Shown: piece by piece, positions 38,014-48,067 of the stretch
How the letters are laid out: each line of letters opens with the position of its first letter
Numbering within the stretch: the stretch's first letter is position 1
Notes under the pieces: generated by a model
Told to the model about the DNA's origin: nothing
Database searches by the model: none
Seen by the model: only the letters and a program-made list of their open reading frames with translations
Program-made: the position numbers and the translations under genes
DNA from: an uncultured Bacteroidales bacterium
Lineage (GTDB): Bacteria; Bacteroidota; Bacteroidia; Bacteroidales; JAGOPY01
Assembly (NCBI GenBank): GCA_963701785.1
Contig: CAVPBC010000002.1
Coordinates: 2,484,458-2,548,457, forward strand
Length of the DNA stretch: 64,000 bases
Direction of reading: 5' to 3'

Positions 38014-39473
38014 AGTTCAAACCACTTTTCGACCTGTACCGTTTTGTCTTCCGGCTCATTCAAATGCCTGAACTCATTGGTATGCCGGTTATACACGTAA
38101 TCTTTTTCCCAATTCCTGTGATTTTTTTGCACCTGACTTATGGCATCCATGATATACAGGAGTTCTTCATCAGTCATGGTCGGGTGCAGGGAAAGTCTTA
38201 TCCAGCCTGGTTTTAAGGATAAATCTCCCGAGCTTATCAGGCTGGTGATCAGGTGTGATTTATCATAAGAAACATCAAGCAGGTAATGTCCATAGGTTCC
38301 GGCACAGGCGCAACCTCCGCGGACCTGTATGCCATACCTGTCGTTCAGCAATTTGACCACCAGGTTAAAATGGATATTTTTCAGGTAAAATGAAATGATC
38401 CCGAGTCGGTTTCGGATATTATCCGCCAGCAAATGAAGGTCAGGTATCCTGTCAAATTCACGGAATGCTATGGCTAATAATTCTTCTTCCCGTTTCCGGA
38501 TATTTTCCGTTCCCATTTTATTTTTCAGTTCGATAGATAAAGCCGCCCTGATAGCCTGGAGAAAGCCAGGCGTGCCCCCGTCTTCCCTTGCTTCAATATC
38601 ATCGATGTACTTGTATTCGCCCCATGGGTTCGTCCAGTCGACCGTTCCGCCACCGGGCTGGTCAGGTGGGCGATGGCCTTTATAAATGTGCTTGTCAAAA
38701 ACGAGGACACCAGAACTGCCCGGTCCCCCGAGAAATTTATGCGGAGAGAAAAAGATCGCATCGAGTTTTTCTCTGGGGTCGGAAGGATGCATATTCATAT
38801 CGACATAAGGAGCTGAAGCTGCAAAATCGACAAAGCAATACCCGTCATATTCATGCATGAGCCTGGCCATCTGGTGATACGGGGTCCCGATGCCGGTGAC
38901 ATTGGAACAGGCAGTGAATGTGCCGATCTTGATTTTCCGGTCTTTGTACTTCTCCAGCAATGACCGGAGCTGATCCAGGTCGACCAGCAGATCGGGGGAT
39001 GGCGGGATTTGAACCAGATCAGCCATAGTTTCGAACCAGGATGTGTGGTTGGAATGATGTTCCATATGGGTGATGAAAACCACAGGCCGTTCATCATCTC
39101 CCAGGCAATCGTGCTTGGATCCAAGGCCGCAGCTTTTAAGTCCGAGCATCCGTTGTAATTTATTCACAACGGCTGTCATCCCGAAACCTGCCGTGATGAT
39201 CACATCATCAGGTGAAGCATTTACATGTTCTTTTATTTTTTTGTGGGCAAGGTGATATGCTTTGGTCATAAGTGTGCCGGTCTCACTCGTTTCTGTATGA
39301 GTGTTCCCGATAAAGGGCCCCATCGATTCGACGATCTTTGTTTCAATCGGGCGGTAAAGCCTCCCGCTCGCTATCCAGTCGGCATATACGATAGGAACCT
39401 TGCCATAAGGGGAGGAGAATGTATGATCAATGCCGATTATATTATCCCTGAACGGTTTAAAGTATTTCTCCAT
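38010..39473 (-). CDS. Class V aminotransferase-fold PLP enzyme (cysteine desulfurase/selenocysteine lyase-like)
   Basis: 487 aa; DAIFFSPHKFLGGPGSSGVL contains the PLP-lysine context; HHSNH and RGGCACAGTYGH motifs. Confidence 0.7.
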   Translation of the reverse strand: MEKYFKPFRDNIIGIDHTFSSPYGKVPIVYADWIASGRLYRPIETKIVESMGPFIGNTHTETSETGTLMTKAYHLAHKKIKEHVNASPDDVIITAGFGMTAVVNKLQRMLGLKSCGLGSKHDCLGDDERPVVFITHMEHHSNHTSWFETMADLVQIPPSPDLLVDLDQLRSLLEKYKDRKIKIGTFTACSNVTGIGTPYHQMARLMHEYDGYCFVDFAASAPYVDMNMHPSDPREKLDAIFFSPHKFLGGPGSSGVLVFDKHIYKGHRPPDQPGGGTVDWTNPWGEYKYIDDIEAREDGGTPGFLQAIRAALSIELKNKMGTENIRKREEELLAIAFREFDRIPDLHLLADNIRNRLGIISFYLKNIHFNLVVKLLNDRYGIQVRGGCACAGTYGHYLLDVSYDKSHLITSLISSGDLSLKPGWIRLSLHPTMTDEELLYIMDAISQVQKNHRNWEKDYVYNRHTNEFRHLNEPEDKTVQVEKWFEL

Positions 39474-39538
39474 AACGGGGTTGTTTGGAAAGCAAAGATA
39501 AATAAAATGGTCAGGCTTGCATCCCTGGCTAAAAGTGC

Positions 39539-42500
39539 CTAATCGCTGTAAGAAATCTGCATCAGTGAAACTTCAAAATCCCCGCCTTCAGGATAGAAGG
39601 TGATCCAGTTATTATCATCGCTGAACCATTTGTACTGTGCACTGATCCTCACCACAAACTCAAAAAGGTCTTCCCCGGCAGGGACTTTTATCACCACACC
39701 GCCATTTTTTGTCTGGTCCTTGCCAAAACTGATGATGAGCTTATATTCATCTTTGGAAACATTCCGCGCCCTGAAGAATATGTAATTGCTTTTACGGTCT
39801 TTGACAGGAACGGGGATGAAATCAAATTTATGCTGTGTGTTGTTTGAGATAAGTAATGGTTCTTTATTGATCTGGACAATAGATCGTTCTGTAAGCAGTT
39901 TTAAAATGCGGCGGACCATTTCTTTGGGATATTCCTCTTCGGGCTTTAATAAGATAGAAGCCCTGTATGATTCAATGGCATTGTCATAAATTTTCGAAGC
40001 AAAGAATTTATCGGCATCGGCTATTGACTTATCATATTCTTCCTGGATCAACTGCCTTTTTTTCATAATTTGCTCATTGACCAGTTTCAGCTTATCCAGG
40101 GGATAAAGTTCTTCAGGCTTGAGTTCCAGTGCCCGGTCATATTGCAGTTTGGCCATTTCATAGTCTTGCTGATCAAAGTAATTGTCAGCTTTGGATATGG
40201 TTATCTGGTAGGTCTGATCGCGCTGTGCTTCCAGGGCATCCAGGGTACGGTTAATTTCGATTACCTGTTTATTTGGAAATTCCTCGGCAGGTTTGATGGT
40301 AAGGGCTTCCTGGTATGCTGCCCTGGCTTCTTCATATTTTTCATTTTTCATAAAATCATCCGCACTGGCAATAATTAAATTATATTGCTCATCGATTTCC
40401 TTTTGTTTCCTGATCTCTTCTTGCCGGGTTTCTTCCTGCCTGGCAATTTCTGCGATTGCAACATTTATTTCAGCAATCTTTCCCTGCGGGTAACTTTCCC
40501 CGGCCTTCAGGCCGAGGGCTGCTTGATAACCTGCCATAGCTTTCTGGTAATCCTTTGCCTGGAAAGCTAAATCGGCACCTGAGATGGCATCTCCGTATTG
40601 CTTATCGAGGGCTTCTTTAGCAGCGATCTCGCCGAGGATGCCATTGATCTCGTCGATCTTTCCCTGCGGGTAACTTTCCCCGGCCTTCAGGCCGAGGGCT
40701 GATTGATAACCTGCCATGGCTTTCTGGTAATCCTTTGCCTGGAAAGCTAAGTCGGCAGCTGAGATGGCATCTCCGTATTGCTTATCGAGGGCTTCTTTAG
40801 CAGCAATATCACCCAGGATGCCATTGATCTCGTCGATCTTTCCCTGCGGATAACTTTCCCCGGCCTTCAGGCCGAGGGCAGCTTGATAACCTGCCAAAGC
40901 TTTCTGGTAATCCTTTGCCTGGAAAGCTAAATCAGCAGCTGAGATGGCATCTCCATATTGCTTATCGAGGGCTTCTTTAGCAGCAATCTCGCCGAGGATG
41001 CCATTGATCTCGTCGATCTTTCCCTGCGGGTAACTTTCCCCGGTCTTTAGACCGAGGGCCGCTTGGTAACCTGCCATTGCTTTCTGGTAATCCTTTGCCT
41101 GGAAAGCTAAATCAGCACCTGAGATGGCATCTCCGTATTGCTTATCGAGGGCTTCTTTAGCAGCGATATCGCCGAGGATGCCATTGATCTCGTCGATCTT
41201 TCCCTGCGGGTAACTTTCTCCGGTCTTTAGGCCGAGGGCTGATTGATAACCTGCCAGGGCTTTCTGGTAATCCTTTGCCTGGAAAGCCAAATCGGCAGCT
41301 GAGATGGCATCTCCGTATTGCTTATCGAGGGCTTCTTTAGCAGCGATATCGCCGAGGATGCCATTGATCTCGTCGATCTTTCCCTGCGGGTAACTTTCCC
41401 CGGTCTTTAGGCCGAGGGCCGCTTGGTAACCTGCCATGGCCTTCTGGTAATCCTTTGCCTGGAAAGCTAAGTCGGCACTTGAGATGGCATCTCCGTATTG
41501 CTTATCGAGGGCTTCCTTAGCAGCGATATCACCGAAAATGCCATTGATCTCGTCGATCTTTCCCTGCGGATAACTTTCCCCGGCCTTCAATCCGAGGGCC
41601 GCTTGATAACCTGCCAGGGCCTTCTGGTAATCCTTTGCCTGGAAAGCTAAGTCGGCAATTGAGATGGCATCTCCATATTGCTTATCGAGTGCTTCATTAG
41701 CTGCGATTTCTCCGAGGATACCATTGATCTCGTCGATCTTTCTTTGCGCGTAACTTTCCCCGGCCTTCAGGCCGAGGGCAACTTGATAACCTGCTAAAGC
41801 TTCCTGGTAATTTTTGGATTGCATGGCCAGGTCTGCAACCGAGATGGCATCCAGATATTGGGTATTTTTAACTTCCAGAGCTGCCTGTTCAACGGAATCA
41901 TTATCGATTTCGAAAACCTTTTCCGCCTGGTAAGCGGCTATACCTTCCTGGTATTCCTGCTTGGTGATGGCATTCTCCTCCCCGGCAATCTCATCCCGGT
42001 TTTTACCGCCACTTGCCTGTTTACTGGCATTTGTTGCAAGAATAGTTTCGATCTCCTGGATCTTCTGCTGGGGATATTTCTCTTCAGGATTGATCCCGGC
42101 GGCATTGCGGAATTCAATCAGTGCAGCCTCATAGTCCCTGTCATACATTAGCTGATCGGCATTTGTGACAGCTTTTACATATTTATCCCGGATCCCTAAA
42201 ATTTCGTTGATCATAGTGATCTGGTCAAGCGGATATTGCTCCTTCGGGAATAATGCACTTGCAGACCGGTATTGCTCGCGGGCTTCCACATATTCATCGG
42301 AGAAAAACAGGCGGTCGGCCCCTGTGATAAGGTTATTATATACTTCTCTATTGCCGGCCAGGTTCGATAATATCGTATTGATCTCATCAACCTTAACTTT
42401 CGGATACTGTTCCAGCGATTTGATCCCTATCGACCTGTTGTATTCATCTCGTGCTTCTTCGTAACGTTCTTCCTTAAAAAGGTTATCTGCCCGGGCAATA

Positions 42501-43636
42501 GCCTGTGTATATGCATCTTCCTGTGTCTTTCTCAGGCTGAGCGCTACATTGATATCGTTGATCCGCTGTTTTGCGTAATCTTCTTCAGGTTTAAAATGCA
42601 GGGCATTCTTATATTCGATCATCGCCCGTTCATAGTCCTGCTCGCTGAACAGCTTGTCGGCAAGGGCAATGGTAACTTCATAACTTGACCTGTTGGATTT
42701 GGAAATGTCCATCAGGGCAATGTCTATTTTTTCAAGCATGCTTTTCGGATATTCATCAGCAGGCTTGATAGACTGGGCCTGCAGGTATTTCTCCTGCGCC
42801 AGCTCAAATTCTTTCGATATATAATAATTATCCGCTTCTTCAATGATGGAGGCATAAGAATCCCAGGCAATTTTGAGATCCTGCGCCTCTGCAAGTTTCT
42901 GTTTCGGCAGATTTTCATCAGGCTTGAGCAGAATGGCCGCTTCCAGCAACCTGATGGCATCGTCATATTTATTTCTCGAAATAGCAAAATCGGCATCCTG
43001 AAGTAAGGATTCATAATTACTCGTTGCTGTATTACTTGCCGTTAATAATGTTTGGACCTGAATTGTTTTCTCTTTCGGGTATGCTTCTACAGGTTTAAGT
43101 TTGGCTGCGTTTTGATATTCAGCCAGTGCATTTTCCAGTTGTAAACCTTTCAGGAACAAATCGCCATTAATGATGCTCTTCTGGTATTTTTCCTCCAGGA
43201 GCCTGTTATCTTCCTGGGTCCTGGTTATCTCCTGCACCCGTCCGGTAGCATAGGCATCGTTTGGAATTATCGTCAATGCTTCCTGGTAAACCTTCAAAGC
43301 AGCATCAAGATCTTTCTTATCATACAGGTCATCTGCAAGCTGGACCTTCTGGGTGTAAAGGCTGTTTTGATACATCTGGACCTTGATCATGTCAAGGGAT
43401 TGCTGCAGGCGGTCCTTTGGATATTGATCTTCAGGCGCAAGCCGGACAGCAATCTGGTAAGAAGCTTTGGCGTTGATGTAATCCCCTTTTGTAAAGTAAG
43501 CGTCGGCCATTTCGATGGTCTTCCTGTATTCTTCAGGATTGTCCTGGGACTGTCCTGTAAAGGCAAAAAAAGCCAGCAAGATCAGCGATAAGAGCACCGT
43601 CTTATGTCGATAGGTCATATGTAGTTTTAGTAGCAT
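39539..43636 (-). CDS. Giant TPR-like repeat protein (about 20 units of a roughly 60-aa motif ending E.YP..KI.EIN..L) with a distinct about 130-aa C-terminal domain
   Basis: Signal/TM TVLLSLILLAFFAFTGQSQ (start may be Met at 43618). Repeat motif recurs along the protein; eight central units are near-identical. C-terminal domain of unknown family. Confidence 0.7.
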   Translation of the reverse strand: MLLKLHMTYRHKTVLLSLILLAFFAFTGQSQDNPEEYRKTIEMADAYFTKGDYINAKASYQIAVRLAPEDQYPKDRLQQSLDMIKVQMYQNSLYTQKVQLADDLYDKKDLDAALKVYQEALTIIPNDAYATGRVQEITRTQEDNRLLEEKYQKSIINGDLFLKGLQLENALAEYQNAAKLKPVEAYPKEKTIQVQTLLTASNTATSNYESLLQDADFAISRNKYDDAIRLLEAAILLKPDENLPKQKLAEAQDLKIAWDSYASIIEEADNYYISKEFELAQEKYLQAQSIKPADEYPKSMLEKIDIALMDISKSNRSSYEVTIALADKLFSEQDYERAMIEYKNALHFKPEEDYAKQRINDINVALSLRKTQEDAYTQAIARADNLFKEERYEEARDEYNRSIGIKSLEQYPKVKVDEINTILSNLAGNREVYNNLITGADRLFFSDEYVEAREQYRSASALFPKEQYPLDQITMINEILGIRDKYVKAVTNADQLMYDRDYEAALIEFRNAAGINPEEKYPQQKIQEIETILATNASKQASGGKNRDEIAGEENAITKQEYQEGIAAYQAEKVFEIDNDSVEQAALEVKNTQYLDAISVADLAMQSKNYQEALAGYQVALGLKAGESYAQRKIDEINGILGEIAANEALDKQYGDAISIADLAFQAKDYQKALAGYQAALGLKAGESYPQGKIDEINGIFGDIAAKEALDKQYGDAISSADLAFQAKDYQKAMAGYQAALGLKTGESYPQGKIDEINGILGDIAAKEALDKQYGDAISAADLAFQAKDYQKALAGYQSALGLKTGESYPQGKIDEINGILGDIAAKEALDKQYGDAISGADLAFQAKDYQKAMAGYQAALGLKTGESYPQGKIDEINGILGEIAAKEALDKQYGDAISAADLAFQAKDYQKALAGYQAALGLKAGESYPQGKIDEINGILGDIAAKEALDKQYGDAISAADLAFQAKDYQKAMAGYQSALGLKAGESYPQGKIDEINGILGEIAAKEALDKQYGDAISGADLAFQAKDYQKAMAGYQAALGLKAGESYPQGKIAEINVAIAEIARQEETRQEEIRKQKEIDEQYNLIIASADDFMKNEKYEEARAAYQEALTIKPAEEFPNKQVIEINRTLDALEAQRDQTYQITISKADNYFDQQDYEMAKLQYDRALELKPEELYPLDKLKLVNEQIMKKRQLIQEEYDKSIADADKFFASKIYDNAIESYRASILLKPEEEYPKEMVRRILKLLTERSIVQINKEPLLISNNTQHKFDFIPVPVKDRKSNYIFFRARNVSKDEYKLIISFGKDQTKNGGVVIKVPAGEDLFEFVVRISAQYKWFSDDNNWITFYPEGGDFEVSLMQISYSD
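40470..41870. repeat. Eight in-phase 180-bp tandem repeats (60-aa units) inside the TPR-like gene
   Basis: The motif cggccttcaggccgagggc recurs at 40501, 40681, 40861, 41041, 41221, 41401, 41581 and 41761. One adjacent pair I compared by eye had 12 mismatches in 180. Confidence 0.95.
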
Positions 43637-43729
43637 TAAATCTGTGCCAAAATTAATATCTTAATATCGCCGCTTTTCCTTCAGGACAACTTATTATGAA
43701 CATGGGTATGTGAACAGGCCATATACAGT

Positions 43730-44380
43730 TCATTCTATCCGGCCATCTTTCATGGTGATTGTACGGTCGGCCATCCTGGCCAGTTCCTGGTTGTGGGTAA
43801 CGATGATAAACGTTTGGCCGATGCGGTCCCGTAAGTTGAAGAATAAACGGTGCAACTCTTTTGCCGCCACCGAATCGAGGTTTCCGGAAGGCTCATCCGC
43901 CAGGACTATTCTCGGGTTATTGATCAATGCACGCGCCACGGCTACCCGCTGCTGTTCCCCGCCGGAAAGTGCAGACGGCTTATGTGTCATACGGTCTGAA
44001 AGGTTCATCATATGTAACAATTCTGAAGCCTTCTTTTCAGCTTCCTTCTTTGCAACTCCACCGATGAACGCCGGTATGCAGACATTTTCCAGGGCTGTAA
44101 ATTCAGGGAGAAGATGATGGAACTGGAAAACAAAGCCAATGGTTTTATTCCGGAATGTAGCCAGGCTTTCTTCTTTCAAATTCATGACCGGCTTATTATC
44201 ATAGTAAATATGGCCGGCATCAGCCCGGTCAAGTGTGCCCAGGATATGCAACAAAGTGGATTTCCCGGCGCCGGATGACCCGACTATCGATACGATCTCT
44301 TTCTCTTTAATGGATAAATCAATACCTTTCAGCACTTTAAGGTCACCGAAAGATTTATGTATCCCCTCAGCTATCAGCAT
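43730..44380 (-). CDS. ABC transporter ATP-binding protein, LolD/MacB-type
   Basis: Walker [10 protein letters not shown], signature [15 protein letters not shown], Walker [14 protein letters not shown]-loop VTHN. Confidence 0.85.
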   Translation of the reverse strand: MLIAEGIHKSFGDLKVLKGIDLSIKEKEIVSIVGSSGAGKSTLLHILGTLDRADAGHIYYDNKPVMNLKEESLATFRNKTIGFVFQFHHLLPEFTALENVCIPAFIGGVAKKEAEKKASELLHMMNLSDRMTHKPSALSGGEQQRVAVARALINNPRIVLADEPSGNLDSVAAKELHRLFFNLRDRIGQTFIIVTHNQELARMADRTITMKDGRIE

Positions 44381-44488
44381 TTTTCATGATAAATTAAGCG
44401 ACAAAGATATAACGAATTCAGGTGAATAGTATTGTACCAGGGCAGTGAAGGAAAGGATTGATCCAAATTGACGAATTGTCAAATAGTT

Positions 44489-45822
44489 CTATTCATCCCG
44501 CAGACAGCGAACGATGAAACCGAAAACCTCGTCGTAGTTGCAGTCGTTTCGGTAAACTTCCGGGCCGGAGTAATCGAGGCCACGGTACCACGCTTCATTG
44601 TCGAGCGCCGTCGAAGTCCACCAGAAGCTGGTGAAGCCAACACCGTCGAAGTAACCCCTGTAGTCGCGGTAGCCACCCGGCATACCTGAGAAACCAAACA
44701 GGTCGGTGCCATTGCCGTTCCCGTACCATCCGCTGGTGGTCTTCAGGTTCGTCCCGGCATCATAGCCACGCCAATCCCAACCGTTGCCCCATTCCGGATC
44801 ACCGATTCCGTATTGGCTGTCCACCGCCCCCTCCAGCACTTTCCACTCCTCATCGGTGGGAAGGTGCCAGCCCGGTGGGCAGATGCCCTGGGTGCCTGGT
44901 TGAGTGGTGTATTGCATCATTTCGTTCCACTGGTAAAGGCCGCCGTATTTTTCGCAACTATCAGGCTCGTTGTTGTAACAGTACTTCTCAATGGTTCCAT
45001 TGTTCGATTGTCCCATTGTTCCAGGGATCATTTCGCCCACATTGAGATTTTCCTTTAGCCAGCACTGGCTGAAGATCTGGATGGTGTTGTACACCTGTCC
45101 TTCGTATTCCACCGTAGGTGTTCCCGGGCAGGGGATGTTGGTGGCGAACTGAAAAGTGTAGTTGGTGCTTTCCTCCGGGGAGTCCGGCATGCCGGATTGT
45201 AGGGTGTCTGTATAACCGATATACAGCAGTTCATCCCCCAGGCTGAAGGAGAAATCCTGGATATCCTTCAATGCCTTAAGCTGTGGGAAATAAGCCTCAC
45301 TACCGGTGTATTCAAGCGAGCGGTCCCACCTGAATGAAATCCTGCCTGCAGGATCTTGATACTGCTGCTCTGTCCCTGCCAATGGGCAGTGAAAAAACAC
45401 AGGTTTTCGGCACCTGGAGTGAAGCGGAAGGTGTGCTTTCCTCTATCCAACACTCTTTCAGTCTGAATCATCATTCGTCCCAGGATATCGGTCACGGTGA
45501 TGCTAACTTTTTCCTTCTCAGGAACATACAGCGATACGGTCGTCTGGTCGGCCACCGGATTGGGGTAATTCTGAAATACCTGGAACGCGCTCAGGTTTTC
45601 CGGAATTTCAGGAATCCCCACATAATAGATCGACAGCACCGTATCGGGATAATACAAGATTGTATCTCCTCCCTGGGTGCGGTTCATAATTTTAATGCTG
45701 TCGAGCTTTATGTAAGCAGTGCTGTTAACAGCGGTAAAACTCAGTTCCAGTGTGGTACGCTGTGAAAATAATCCCAACGAAACGAATGCAAAAGATGCCA
45801 TAAGGAATAATTTCTTTGACAT
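44489..45822 (-). CDS. FISUMP-domain protein with an N-proximal T9SS-CTD-like beta-sandwich; one frame break near 45360
   Basis: Signal MSKKLFLMASFAFVSLGLFSQ; NYPNPVADQTTVSLYVPEKEKVSITVTDILGRMM is CTD-like but internal. C-terminal CWLKENLNVG...GGLYQWNEMM...CPPGWHLPTDEEW...GFSGMPGGYR...FWWTST is the Fibrobacter paralogous (FISUMP) pattern. Confidence 0.7.
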
Positions 45823-46063
45823 GGCACGATGGATTTGGCTTGAGCGCACAATATAATAAATATCCGGCCCAATTCCTATGAAAATCGTGCCTGGCAATTA
45901 AAAAACTCCTGATTTCCTGGTCTCTAAACGACTCCCAGCGCTTAATAAGACTATTAAAAAACGGTTTTACCAAATGCGAGGATCATATATAAAGAATTGT
46001 TTATTAGAAAATATGAAACATGAATTTTTATAACTGTTTGCTTTTACCATGACCGAAAAGCAT

Positions 46064-46071
46064 TAATTTTG
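46064..46071 (+). promoter_or_regulatory. -7 box TAATTTTG upstream of sucC
   Basis: Matches TAnnTTTG; 26 nt upstream of the ATG at 46098. Confidence 0.45.
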
Positions 46072-46097
46072 CAGTACAAGTCACTTAAAATCTCCAT

Positions 46098-47287
46098 ATG
46101 AATCTACATGAATACCAGGGTAAATCTATCCTGAAAAAGTATAAGGTCGCCGTACCGGCAGGCATTGTGGCATATACCCCGGATGAAGCCGTCAGGGCAG
46201 CGGAACAGCTTGAGGAAGAAACCGGCACCGACCGTTGGGCAGTAAAAGCCCAGATCCATGCCGGCGGACGTGGCAAGGGCGGTGGCGTCAAGATCGCTAA
46301 AACCCTGGAAGAAGTGGAACAATATGCCCGCCAGATCATCGGCATGCACCTTGTCACCCCGCAGACCGGACCGGAAGGGAAAGAAGTCAGGAAAGTGCTG
46401 GTGGAACAGAATATTTTTTACCCGGGGCCATCGAAAACACAGGAGTTTTACATGAGCGTCCTGCTGAACAGGGCCATTGGTAAAAATATGATCATGTATT
46501 CCCCGCGCGGCGGAATGGACATCGAAGCAGTCGCCGAAGAAACTCCCGATCAGATCTTTACCGAAGAGATTGACCCCCGCACCGGGCTGATGCCTTTCCA
46601 GGCCAGGCGGATTGCGTATAATCTCGGGTTGCATGAAGAGGCATTCAAGAATATGGTCAAGTTCATCCATGCGCTCTATACCGCCTACATGCAGTCGGAT
46701 GCAAAGCTCTTCGAGATAAACCCGGTTATCAAAGCGGCGGATGATAAGATATTTGCCGCCGACGCCAAAGTGGCGATCGATGACAATGCGCTCTATCGCC
46801 ATCCTGATATCAGGAAATGCGCGACTACCATGAAGAAGACCCGATTGAAGTCGAAGCCAGCAGGTTCAGGCTGAGTTATGTAAAGCTGGATGGTAATGTT
46901 GGATGTATGGTCAATGGCGCCGGGCTGGCCATGGCAACCATGGATATCATCAAGCTGTCGGGGGCGTCGCCGTCCAACTTCCTTGATGTCGGCGGCACTG
47001 CCGATGCCAAAAGGGTAGAGGAAGCCTTCAGGATCATTCTCAAAGATCCCAATGTGAAAGCTATCCTGGTCAATATCTTCGGCGGAATTGTAAGATGCGA
47101 CCGCGTGGCGCAGGGCATCGTGGATGCATACAGGAATATCGGCGAGATCAAGGTGCCGATCATTGTCAGGTTGCAGGGAACGAATGCCGAAGAAGGTGCA
47201 AAGATCATCAACGAATCCGGGTTAAAAGTTCAATCAGCCATACAACTTGAAGATGCGGCCGAATTAGTAAGTAAAGTGCTACTCTGA
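46098..47287 (+). CDS. sucC: Succinyl-CoA ligase (ADP-forming) beta subunit, one frame break near 46812
   Basis: [15 protein letters not shown]..., [50 protein letters not shown]. ORFs 46098..46874 and 46817..47287 are colinear. Confidence 0.9.
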
Positions 47288-47361
47288 GAAGAATCAAACA
47301 TATTGATTGTAAATCACTGCTTATCTTTACAGTCATTATTCTGCAGTCAAATCTTACCTGC

Positions 47362-48024
47362 ATGTCCCAGATTTCTAAACCTGTGAATTACCAGGAAAAA
47401 AGGACTGAAATGGTCCGCGACCAGATCCGGTTCCGGGGTGTCAAAGATGAAAAGGTGCTGAATGCCATGCTCAAGGTGGAACGCCACCTCTTCGTCCCGG
47501 AAGTTTACCGGGCAGAAGCATACGAAGATTACCCGCTTCCCGTCGGGGAAGGGCAGACAATATCCCAGCCTTATATCGTGGCCTTTATGACAGAAGCCCT
47601 TGAACTCGAACAAACGGACAAAGTTCTTGAAATCGGCACAGGATCAGGTTACCAGGCTGCTATCCTGGCCGAGATCTGCGATTCTGTTTTTACCATTGAG
47701 ATATTTCGGTCACTGGGCCTGTCAGCCATGAAAATACTTGACGAACTGGGTTACAGGAATGTCTTTGTCAGGATCGGCGACGGTTACATGGGATGGGAGG
47801 AACATGCCCCTTTCGATGCCATCATTGTCACCTGCTCGCCATCACATGTGCCCGAGAAGCTGGAAGCACAACTGGCGGAAGGGGGCAGGATGATCATCCC
47901 TGTCGGCGGGGATTACACGCAGGAGCTCATACTTTTAGTGAAAAAAGGCGGGAAACTGCAGAAAAAAAACGTGCTGCCTGTCAGGTTTGTTCCCATGATC
48001 AATGAAAAGGGGAAGAAATACTAA
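47362..48024 (+). CDS. pcm: Protein-L-isoaspartate O-methyltransferase
   Basis: GEGQTISQPYIVAFMTEAL, VLEIGTGSGYQAAILA, PFDAIIVT, GGRMIIPVG. Confidence 0.9.
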   Translation: MSQISKPVNYQEKRTEMVRDQIRFRGVKDEKVLNAMLKVERHLFVPEVYRAEAYEDYPLPVGEGQTISQPYIVAFMTEALELEQTDKVLEIGTGSGYQAAILAEICDSVFTIEIFRSLGLSAMKILDELGYRNVFVRIGDGYMGWEEHAPFDAIIVTCSPSHVPEKLEAQLAEGGRMIIPVGGDYTQELILLVKKGGKLQKKNVLPVRFVPMINEKGKKY

Positions 48025-48067
48025 CATTTCACATTGAGCATTGAACTCAGAACTCAGAACTCAGAAC
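48024..48067. repeat. Heptamer array with drift (ACATTTC, ACATTGA, GCATTGA, ACTCAGA x3) filling the convergent pcm/dnaB gap
   Basis: acatttcacattgagcattgaactcagaactcagaactcagaac; begins at the last base of the pcm stop and contains the dnaB stop (48061-48063). Confidence 0.85.

Noticed and set aside
40470-41870. 180-bp repeats as a CRISPR array or a diversity-generating retroelement target
   Set aside because: The repeats are contiguous with no spacers and lie in frame inside a long ORF. No cas genes or reverse transcriptase are in the window, and differences between units are not adenine-specific.
43710-44117. 135-aa ORF on the plus strand
   Set aside because: It is antisense to the ABC ATPase gene. 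Shadow ORF.
46104-46802. 232-aa ORF on the minus strand
   Set aside because: It lies entirely antisense to sucC, whose product has clear family motifs. This is a shadow ORF in GC-balanced coding DNA.
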